Part shown: positions 26,666 to 32,920 of the stretch, one piece after another
Position numbering within the stretch: position 1 is the stretch's first letter
Layout: every line of letters starts with the position of its first letter
Source of the DNA: Thermoleophilaceae bacterium
GTDB lineage: Bacteria > Actinomycetota > Thermoleophilia > Solirubrobacterales > Thermoleophilaceae
NCBI GenBank assembly: GCA_036724195.1
Contig: DAIMGB010000001.1
Span: forward strand, 21,648-54,567
Length of the DNA: 32,920 nucleotides
Direction of reading: 5' to 3'
The notes under the pieces: model-generated
Told to the model about the DNA's origin: nothing
What the model saw: the letters and a program-made list of their open reading frames with translations, nothing else
Databases searched by the model: none
Position numbers and translations under genes: made by a program

Positions 26666-26754
26666 GTTCGGGTCGGCGAGGTGAGGGTGAGCGGATCGCC
26701 CTCGATCAGGTACGCGTTGACGGTGCCGATGACCCAAGGAGTCGGCACCGGCAT
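26662..26754 (-). pseudogene. N-terminal stub of an MBL-fold metallo-hydrolase
   Basis: MPVPTPWVIGTVNAYLIEGDPLTL matches the usual start of MBL-fold hydrolases. It then reads TSPTRT-stop instead of the expected V/I-D-T-G continuation. Its stop codon lies inside the -35 box of the P450 promoter. Confidence 0.4.
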
Positions 26755-26909
26755 GCGGTGGATGACGGCATCCGCGGCGCCGTGCGCACCACCGGCTCTG
26801 GTTGCGCGCGGTCCTGGTCGTCGGAGCGGGGAACTGGCTTTGACATGGTAAGGAAATCCGAAAGGCCCGCGTGCTGCCGTGCCACGGACCCGATACAGTA
26901 CTCGGATGG

Positions 26910-26925
26910 GTGAACAAGCGTTCAC
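26910..26925. promoter_or_regulatory. candidate operator, site d (GTGAAC AAGC GTTCAC)
   Basis: Best palindrome of the family, 77 nt upstream of ATG 27002. A TAnnnT box, TACAGT (26894-26899), lies 10 nt upstream of it. Confidence 0.5.
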
Positions 26926-27001
26926 ATACCCAGACGAGCAGAGACAAGCAACAGTGAGCGACCTCGAAGGGAAGACAACCTTGGTACCGAGGACGACGCC
27001 G

Positions 27002-27808
27002 ATGACCGACACCGCCGCCTACCGGGACATCCTCTACGAAAGCTCGGGCGGGGTCGCCACGATCACGATCAACCGACCTGAGAAGCTCAACGCCTTCACG
27101 CCGCACACGCTGGTGGAGCTGCGCCAGGCCTTCGAACGCGTGCGTGAGGACCCCGCCGTGGGGATCGCGGTCCTAACCGGGGCCGGCGACCGGGCGTTCT
27201 GCGCGGGCGGTGACATGAACTGGGAGAAGGAGGGCGGAATCGAGGAGCTGCGCCATTCCGAGGAGAACGTCGTCAACGACCTCTACGCCGCGATCCGCGA
27301 CTGCCTGAAGCCGGTGATCGCCAAGGTCCGCGGCTGGTGCATCGGCGGGGGCAATCACCTCGCGTACAACTGCGATCTGACGATCGCCTCCGCGGACGCC
27401 AAGTTCGGACAGAATGGGCCGCGCGTGGGAAGCCCCGCCTCGGGCGCGATGGTCAGCTATCTGACGCGCGTCGTCGGCGTCAAGCGCGCGAAGGAGATGT
27501 GGCTGGTGTGCCGCCGCTACTCCGCGCAGGAGATGCTTGCGTGGGGACTCGTGAACTCCGTCGTGCCGGGGGAGCTTCTGGACGCGGAGGTGCAGCGCTG
27601 GTGCGACGACATGCTGGCGCTCAGCCCGACGGTGCTCAAGGTGCTCAAGAAGAGCTTTGACGACGAGTGGGCGCCTCTGCGCGAGCGTCAGGGGAACGAC
27701 GACTTCCTCGAGCAGATCAACCCGGGCTTCTTCGAGTCCGGGGAGCAAATGGAAGGCGCAACCGCCTTCTTGGATAAGCGCCGCCCCGACTTCTCCCGCT
27801 GGCGCTGA
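27002..27808 (+). CDS. MenB/BadI-family crotonase (DHNA-CoA synthase / 2-ketocyclohexanecarboxyl-CoA hydrolase-like)
   Basis: Resembles MenB end to end as I recall it: ITINRPEKLNAF, LTGAGDRAFCAGGD, GWCIGGGNHL, FGQNGPRVGS, and C-terminal EGATAFLDKRRPDFS. I chose ATG 27002, which has GAGGAC upstream. The longer track start would place operator site d inside the ORF. Confidence 0.85.
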   Translation: MTDTAAYRDILYESSGGVATITINRPEKLNAFTPHTLVELRQAFERVREDPAVGIAVLTGAGDRAFCAGGDMNWEKEGGIEELRHSEENVVNDLYAAIRDCLKPVIAKVRGWCIGGGNHLAYNCDLTIASADAKFGQNGPRVGSPASGAMVSYLTRVVGVKRAKEMWLVCRRYSAQEMLAWGLVNSVVPGELLDAEVQRWCDDMLALSPTVLKVLKKSFDDEWAPLRERQGNDDFLEQINPGFFESGEQMEGATAFLDKRRPDFSRWR

Positions 27809-27932
27809 GCGACTGGTCCGGAGCCGGGCTGCGAGAGACCGTTCGCCTAGCGGCTATCGTCGGCGACGATGCGCGCTGAAGGCCGGCTCAGCCCCAAGGG
27901 ACAACAGCGTGCCGCCACCGCCCGTCGTCCCC

Positions 27933-27948
27933 GGTAACGTTCGTTAAC
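27933..27948. promoter_or_regulatory. candidate operator, site e (GGTAAC GTTC GTTAAC)
   Basis: Lies 44 nt upstream of ATG 27992. TAGACT (27959-27964) follows after 10 nt, then GGAGAA as SD. Confidence 0.55.
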
Positions 27949-27991
27949 GCGCCTTGGATAGACTCGCCACCCGACCCTCTGGAGAAGCGTC

Positions 27992-28852
27992 ATGCATTAC
28001 CGCTCCGTGTTTCGCCCCGACCTGTTCAAGGACCAGACCGTCATCGTCACGGGAGGCGGGAGCGGCATCGGTCGGTGCATCGCGCACGAGCTGGCCGGCC
28101 TCGGCGCCACCGTGGCGATCGTCGGGCGCAAGATCGAGAGGCTCGACGCCGTCGCCGCCGAGATCGCGGAGCTCGGCGGGCGGGTGACAGGCCACGTCTG
28201 CGACATCCGCGAGGAGGTGGCCGTCAAGGACATGGTCGCCGCGGTGATCGAGCAGCACGGACAGGTCGCGGGACTCGTCAACAACGCCGGCGGCCAGTAC
28301 CCGGCGCTGGCGAGGGACCTGTCGGTCAAGGGCTGGGAGGCGGTGATCCGCAACAACCTGACGGGCGGCTTCATCGTCTCGCGCGAGGTCTACAACCAGT
28401 CGATGGCCGAGCACCGCGGCAGCATCGTCAACATCATCGCCGACATCTGGGGCGGCATGCCCACCATGGCGCACTCCGGGGCGGCGCGCGCGGGGATGCT
28501 CAACTTCACCGAGACCGCGGCCTGCGAGTGGGCGCAGTCAGGTGTTCGCGTGAACGCCGTCGCACCTGGATGGATCGCCTCCAGCGGCTTCGACACCTAC
28601 GACGCCGAGATGCAGGCCCAGCTGCGCAGCCTGATAGGCAAGGTGCCGCTCGGCCGGTTCGGCAACGAGGCCGAGGTCTCCGCCGCCGTCGTGTTCCTCC
28701 TGACGCCCGCTGCCGCGTTCATCTCCGGCACCTGCATCCGCGTCGACGGTGCCGTCCCCAACGCACGCCACACCTGGCAGCCGGTTCCGACCGACCGCTC
28801 GATCCCCTACGACGGCTTCCCCCTGGCGACGCTCCCCGAGTGCCTGACATGA
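27992..28852 (+). CDS. SDR family oxidoreductase, PECR/DECR-like (enoyl-CoA reductase type)
   Basis: VTGGGSGIG and NNAGGQ. HSGAARAGMLNFT replaces the classical YxxxK context, as I recall for peroxisomal trans-2-enoyl-CoA reductase. GGAGAA lies 5 nt upstream of the ATG. Confidence 0.8.
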   Translation: MHYRSVFRPDLFKDQTVIVTGGGSGIGRCIAHELAGLGATVAIVGRKIERLDAVAAEIAELGGRVTGHVCDIREEVAVKDMVAAVIEQHGQVAGLVNNAGGQYPALARDLSVKGWEAVIRNNLTGGFIVSREVYNQSMAEHRGSIVNIIADIWGGMPTMAHSGAARAGMLNFTETAACEWAQSGVRVNAVAPGWIASSGFDTYDAEMQAQLRSLIGKVPLGRFGNEAEVSAAVVFLLTPAAAFISGTCIRVDGAVPNARHTWQPVPTDRSIPYDGFPLATLPECLT

Positions 28853-28939
28853 GCACGACCGCCGAGTTCGCTCCCTACCTCGCGCCTGGCCGCTTCGTCG
28901 ACTCTGACCACCCAGCGGTCGGATGCCGCGGTCGCGGAT

Positions 28940-29176
28940 CTAATGCACCAGAGCCGCGGACACGCTGACCGCAGCGGGGACGCACCCCGCCAGAGGGTCC
29001 CTGCGCGCGCGCCGGCCGCGCCGTGCGCGCGCCGGCAGCGCCATGGTTACCTCGGCCGGGTAGTCCGCGACGACGTAGTCGACCTCGCCGTGGTGCAGCA
29101 GCTGGCCGGCCGCGTGGCTGGTGTCCCCCCACGCCCCCGCCGAACATCCGATCCGAGCCGCGTCTCGCATTCCCAT
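28940..29176 (-). pseudogene. N-terminal stub of an AtuA/DUF1446-like gene
   Basis: MGMRDAARIGCSAGAWGDTSHAAGQLLHHGEVDYVVADYPAEVTMALPARAR resembles the AtuA-family N-terminus (RIG.ASGFWGD ... DYLVFDYLAE.TM). The ORF stops after about 78-88 codons, whereas full-length family members are several hundred aa. Confidence 0.4.
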
Positions 29177-29367
29177 CTGTGCCACTTGGGGCAGTGTGGG
29201 TGCCACCTCTCGGTGAACGTGCCCGCTTCTCCCTGCTGCGGGCCGGACGGGAGCAGCACCGGCGAGACCGGCGAGGCGGTCGCGACAGTCAAGTCCGCGG
29301 CAGTGACGCTGGCCGCCTGTTCACCGACTGGGATCTCCTTGCGGGTATGCCAACTGCAGCGGCATAT

Positions 29368-29383
29368 GATAACAATCGTTAAC
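29368..29383. promoter_or_regulatory. candidate operator, site f (GATAAC AATC GTTAAC), nested in a second palindrome
   Basis: Lies 160 nt upstream of the GMC start. TATGAT (29365-29370) overlaps its left edge. GATAACA (29368-29374) is also an inverted repeat of TGTTATC (29385-29391). Confidence 0.45.
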
Positions 29384-29431
29384 TTGTTATCCACGTACCC
29401 GGGACAAGGACCCACAACACTTGGACACCCG

Positions 29432-29454
29432 CAAGATCGGCGCCGCCGATCTTG
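29432..29454. repeat. perfect 10-bp inverted repeat with a 3-nt loop
   Basis: Reads CAAGATCGGC gcc GCCGATCTTG, about 90 nt upstream of the GMC oxidoreductase start. No U-tract on either strand. Confidence 0.6.
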
Positions 29455-29542
29455 ACGCCTGCCGCGCCATCCGTGGATCGGCACGCACTGATCTGCGCCA
29501 AGGCGCTGAAGGCCCGGCCTGATCATCTCGAGGGAGACATTG

Positions 29543-31159
29543 ATGCAAGAGTTCACCAGCACGGAGGAACGCCTCTACGACTACGTGATCGTCGGGGCCG
29601 GGTCGGCGGGCGCGGTGCTCGCCGCGCGGCTGAGCGAGAACCCGCAGGTCACGGTCGCCCTGTTGGAGGCGGGCGGTGCAGACACCGACGATGAGATCCA
29701 CATCCCGGCCGCGTTCGGCGCGCTGTTCAAGGGTCGCCGCGACTGGGACATGTCGAGTGAGCCCGAGCCCGCGCTGAACAACCGCCGCTGCTACCTGCCC
29801 CGCGCCAAGATGCTCGGCGGCTGCAGCTCGATGAACGCCATGGTCTACATCCGCGGCAACCGCCGCGACTACGACGAATGGGCCGAGAACGGCGCCGAAG
29901 GCTGGGGCTACGACGACGTGCTGCCGTACTTCAGGAAGTCCGAGGACAACGAGCGCGGCGAGGACGCCTACCACGGCGTCGGCGGGCCGCTGACCGTCCG
30001 CGAAAGCCGCTCGATGAACCCGCTCGCCGACGCGTTCATCGAGGCCGCCAAGCAGGCCGGACACGAAGAGAACGAGGACTTCAACAGTGCGCGCCAAGAG
30101 GGCGTCGGCCGCTACCAAACGACACAGAACAACGGTATGCGCGCGAGCACAGCGGTGCGGTTCCTGCACCCGGCGATGGGGCGCGAGAACCTCACGGTGA
30201 TCACAGAAGCCATGGCGCTGAAGATCCTCTTCGACGGCGACCGCGCGTCGGGCGTGCAGATCGAGCGCGCGGGCGAGATCGAGGAGGTGCACGCCGCGCG
30301 TGAGGTGATCCTCTCCGCCGGCGCCTATCAGTCACCGCAGCTGCTGATGCTCTCGGGCATCGGGCCAGCGGACCAGCTGCCGCTACTGCAGATAGAGGTG
30401 AAGAAGGACCTGCCAGTCGGCCAAGGACTGCAGGACCACTGCATGACGCTCATCAACTGGAAGACGGACCTCGAGTCGCTGATGACCGCGCTCACGCCCG
30501 AGAACATCGAGCTGCTGCAGACGGAGGGCCGCGGACCGCTGAGCTCGCACATCGCCGAGGCCGGCGGCTTCATGCGCACCCGACCCGGCCTCGATGCCCC
30601 CGACTGCCAGTTCCACTGCGCGCCGGTGCTGTTCTACGACGAGGGCCTCGGAGCGCCCGTCGAGCACGGCGTCGCGTTCGGCCCAGGGGTGATCAAACCA
30701 ACGAGCCGCGGTTCAGTGACGCTCCGCACAGCCAGCCCCTACTCCAAGCCGCGGATCGTCCACAACTACCTGTCCACAGACGAGGACAGGCAGACGATTC
30801 TCGCGGGGGTGCGCATCGCCCTCGAAATCGCCCAGCAGGACGCGATGCAACGCGTCATCACCGGACCGTTCGTGGCCCCGGAGCCCAGCGCCACCGACGA
30901 GGGGCTGTGGGAATTCATCCGTGCCAACACCATGACGATCTACCACCCGACATCGACGTGCGCGATCGGCTCCGTCGTCGACCCCCGTCTGAGGGTCCAC
31001 GGCATCGAGGGTCTGCGGGTCGTTGACGCTTCGGTGATGCCGTCCGTGGTGCGTGGCAACACGAATGCGCCAACGATCATGATCGCTGAGAAGGCCGCGG
31101 ACATGATCGGCGAAGATGCTGGCACGACCGCCGCTGCCACCTCGGCAACCCGGGGGTGA
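29543..31159 (+). CDS. GMC family oxidoreductase (choline/alcohol dehydrogenase-like)
   Basis: YDYVIVGAGSAGAVLAARLSE FAD fold. GMC signatures include GGCSSMNAMVYIRG and a C-terminal TSTCAIG ... VVDASVMP block. GGGAG lies 6 nt upstream of ATG 29543. Confidence 0.9.
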   Translation: MQEFTSTEERLYDYVIVGAGSAGAVLAARLSENPQVTVALLEAGGADTDDEIHIPAAFGALFKGRRDWDMSSEPEPALNNRRCYLPRAKMLGGCSSMNAMVYIRGNRRDYDEWAENGAEGWGYDDVLPYFRKSEDNERGEDAYHGVGGPLTVRESRSMNPLADAFIEAAKQAGHEENEDFNSARQEGVGRYQTTQNNGMRASTAVRFLHPAMGRENLTVITEAMALKILFDGDRASGVQIERAGEIEEVHAAREVILSAGAYQSPQLLMLSGIGPADQLPLLQIEVKKDLPVGQGLQDHCMTLINWKTDLESLMTALTPENIELLQTEGRGPLSSHIAEAGGFMRTRPGLDAPDCQFHCAPVLFYDEGLGAPVEHGVAFGPGVIKPTSRGSVTLRTASPYSKPRIVHNYLSTDEDRQTILAGVRIALEIAQQDAMQRVITGPFVAPEPSATDEGLWEFIRANTMTIYHPTSTCAIGSVVDPRLRVHGIEGLRVVDASVMPSVVRGNTNAPTIMIAEKAADMIGEDAGTTAAATSATRG

Positions 31160-31288
31160 CGCGAAAAGGTGGCCGAAGACGACCGTCGGCACCTCCGGCA
31201 AGTCCAGCGCTACGTCAGCGATGCCGTCGGGAGGACGGCGATAGACCCCAGGACCAGACCCCAGGCCCGGTGTGTCGGCAGACCTCGC

Positions 31289-31319
31289 GGACCTGACGGA
31301 AGCCGGACCTGACGGAAGC
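31289..31319. repeat. tandem direct repeat, 2 x GGACCTGACGGAAGC (16-nt period)
   Basis: Copies lie at 31289-31303 and 31305-31319, separated by a single C. The repeat is intergenic. A nearby second short duplication reads GACCCCAGG ... GACCCCAGG (about 31241-31265). Confidence 0.7.
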
Positions 31320-31472
31320 TGCCGCCGAACAAATTTATGCCTGTTTGACGCCCCGGCGATCTGGATTCGCCGCCGCGACCGCCGCGCAAGTCACGATGGA
31401 GTATTCAAGAGCAGCCCCACCTTTGATCCGACCATCAGGGGTTGTGGCGGCGGCTTGCTCAGTTAACCCCGG

Positions 31473-31748
31473 TCACCAGTTAGCTTCCGAGGAAATGCTG
31501 CCCAACCGCTGCTCGAACCAGAGATTTGGCGGCGGTGCGAGCGCGAGTCTCAGCGTCTGGGCTTCGCTGAGGCCGACGCTGTAGTGCTGTTCACACGCGC
31601 CACAGACACAGGCGACCGCCCTGGAATGCGAATCCCCGATGAGAGCGAGTTGTTCCGGATGATCCAGGCAATAGGGGCACGCAAACGACGCCCACACGAG
31701 TGCGTCGGGATCGATCGAGAGAAAGCGGGCGACATCGACATGGGACAC
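31473..31748 (-). CDS. hypothetical Cys-rich small protein (possible zinc ribbon)
   Basis: 91-aa ORF with CPYC ... CVCGAC, a CxxC and CxCxxC pair about 20 residues apart. It is divergent from the GAF fragment and lies in the lower-GC patch. I recognise no family. Confidence 0.35.
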   Translation of the reverse strand: MSHVDVARFLSIDPDALVWASFACPYCLDHPEQLALIGDSHSRAVACVCGACEQHYSVGLSEAQTLRLALAPPPNLWFEQRLGSISSEANW

Positions 31749-31825
31749 GGGTGGAGCCGATCACGGCGCGGAGCCGTCGTCCGCCCCGCTGGGATCAGAT
31801 CCCCCCGGACGGGGGGGATGTCGAA

Positions 31826-32230
31826 ATGAGCGACGGCGGCCCACGACGGGCGCCGTCGCACATCGGTGCACTCGATGTCCTGGTGGAGGTGCTGGGAGGT
31901 GCAGATGATCCGACGACACCGGACGCCTTCTACGGTCGGCTGTGTGCGGCGGTATGCCGGCTGACGGAGATCAGCCGCGCAGCGATCTTCCGATATGACG
32001 GTGCCCAGCGGCGCGTACGGGTGGTCGGGGCGCATGGCGTTGCGCTGTCGGTATTCGCCGATCTCCATGCGAACGTAGAGTCCGCGGCGATCGCCCGCCA
32101 GGCGCTCGAGGCCGATCAGGTCATCGAGGTTGCCGAATCGCGGACGGAGGAGCTGCCGGCCGGGTACGCGTCGCTGGTCGGGACCGACCGGCTGGTCTGC
32201 GCTCCCATGCGTGCAGCCGATCGCTGGGTG
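31826..32230 (+). pseudogene. GAF-domain gene fragment (N-terminal about 135 aa only)
   Basis: From ATG 31826 the pattern is GAF-like: CRLTEISRAAIFRYDGAQRRVRVVGAHG ... IARQALEADQVIEV ... DRLVCAPMRAADRW. The resemblance stops near 32230. The frame then continues without a stop into vapB. Confidence 0.45.
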
Positions 32231-32347
32231 GAGTTCCCCCGCTTCGGTGGACACGGGTTGATTAGGCGGCGGCTGCCACGGGTGTGCGGTCAAGCGCGGC
32301 GAGCGGGGAGGGCTGCTATCAGACCACTTCGATGCTATCATCGGCTA

Positions 32348-32647
32348 ATGGTCAAGCAGCTACTGCTCCGGGTACCCCAGGACGTTCATCGGCGCCTCGC
32401 CGAGCGTGCCAAGCGCGAGGGCCGCAGCGTAAACGCGATGGCGACGGAGATCCTCGACGCCGCGGCAGCCGGCGATCAAGGAGATCGGCGTGCGCGTCTG
32501 CGTGCTGCCGCGACAGCCGCGGGCGCCCTGCGTAGCGTGCAGACCAGGCGGGTGAGCGCGGCTCGTCGAAAACGCATCCTGGGCTCGACGCGTGGGCTCG
32601 GGGCGCAAGTCGATCGCCTGCTCGACCAAGAGCGCGACCGGGTGTGA
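32348..32647 (+). CDS. vapB: ribbon-helix-helix antitoxin (VapB/CopG-like)
   Basis: MVKQLLLRVPQDVHRRLAERAKREGRSVNAMATEILDAA is a typical RHH N-terminus. 99 aa. TATCAT (32336-32341) lies 6 nt before the ATG with no SD, so the mRNA may be leaderless. The stop overlaps the next start as GTGA. Confidence 0.75.
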   Translation: MVKQLLLRVPQDVHRRLAERAKREGRSVNAMATEILDAAAAGDQGDRRARLRAAATAAGALRSVQTRRVSAARRKRILGSTRGLGAQVDRLLDQERDRV

Positions 32648-32920
32648 TCGCCTACCTCGATTCGTCGGTCCTCGCACGCGCGTACCTGGCCGACGAGGAC
32701 GGACACGAGCACACGACCCAGCTGCTCGCCGACCCCAAAATCGCGACGGTCACGGGCACTTGGGCGAGAATCGAGGTCTCAGGTGCGCTGATCAGGGCTG
32801 CCCGCTCAGGTCGAGGCGACGCCGAAGGGCTGCTCGCGCTGCTCGACGCCGACTTGTCTGCAGATGGGCCCGTCAGCCTCCTCGGCGCCCCGCAAGATCA
32901 GGTAGAAGACACGGCACTAC
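32644..32920 (+). CDS. vapC: PIN-domain toxin (VapC family); 3' end runs off the window
   Basis: Absent from the ORF track because it has no stop in the window. Hand translation from GTG 32644 gives VIAYLDSSVLARAYLADEDGHEHT ... WARIEVSGALIRAAR. The conserved N-terminal Asp (YLDSS) and the Glu of PIN domains are present. Confidence 0.75.
   Translation, partial: MIAYLDSSVLARAYLADEDGHEHTTQLLADPKIATVTGTWARIEVSGALIRAARSGRGDAEGLLALLDADLSADGPVSLLGAPQDQVEDTAL

Noticed and set aside
31462-31477. Possible seventh palindrome site, GTTAAC CCCG GTCACC
   Set aside because: The right half-site has two mismatches to GTTNAC. It overlaps the 3' end of the small Cys-rich ORF rather than lying in a promoter.
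31550-32341. 263-aa minus-strand ORF
   Set aside because: It is antisense to the GAF-like fragment and overlaps the Cys-rich ORF in another frame. The product is Pro/Arg/Ser-rich with no motif.
31700-32647. The 315-aa track ORF treated as one genuine gene
   Set aside because: Its first 42 codons are Arg-rich with no support. The middle is a truncated GAF-like segment. The last 99 codons are a complete RHH antitoxin with its own start and -10-like box. I split it into a fragment plus vapB and reported the read-through as a finding.

Overview
High-GC, Actinomycetota-like chromosomal window, densely coding. I found no rRNA, tRNA, CRISPR array, transposase or integrase.

Gene content, left to right:
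1. A partial oxygenase-reductase gene preceded by a small ORF, divergent from an acyl-CoA carboxyltransferase gene.
2. A five-gene minus-strand glycerolipid/triacylglycerol assembly string (3117-10226): GPAT, HAD-AGPAT fusion, WS/DGAT, monoacylglycerol-lipase-like hydrolase, gpsA.
3. A large acyl-CoA catabolic block (10354-22727). It holds six ACAD modules, three crotonases, a MaoC hotdog pair, an LLM/F420-type oxidoreductase and SDRs, mostly in one tightly overlapping minus-strand operon.
4. A membrane GGDEF/HD-GYP protein, a TetR regulator and a P450.
5. A MenB/BadI-type crotonase, a PECR-type reductase and a GMC oxidoreductase.
6. A lower-GC edge with a Cys-rich small ORF, a GAF-domain fragment and a vapBC module that runs off the window.

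Most notable observations:
- An 808-aa ORF made of two complete, closely related ACAD modules, repeating every 1242 nt.
- A recurring 16-bp palindrome (GTTAAC-N4-GTTNAC) at six intergenic or promoter positions, a candidate operator for one regulon.
- An MFE-2-type dehydrogenase gene with an internal out-of-frame deletion.
- Several N-terminal gene stubs that look like deletion or insertion scars.
- A HAD-AGPAT fusion sitting between GPAT and DGAT.

I do not see a clear defence or other novel multi-gene system. All functional calls rest on motifs I recognised by eye. No database search was run.
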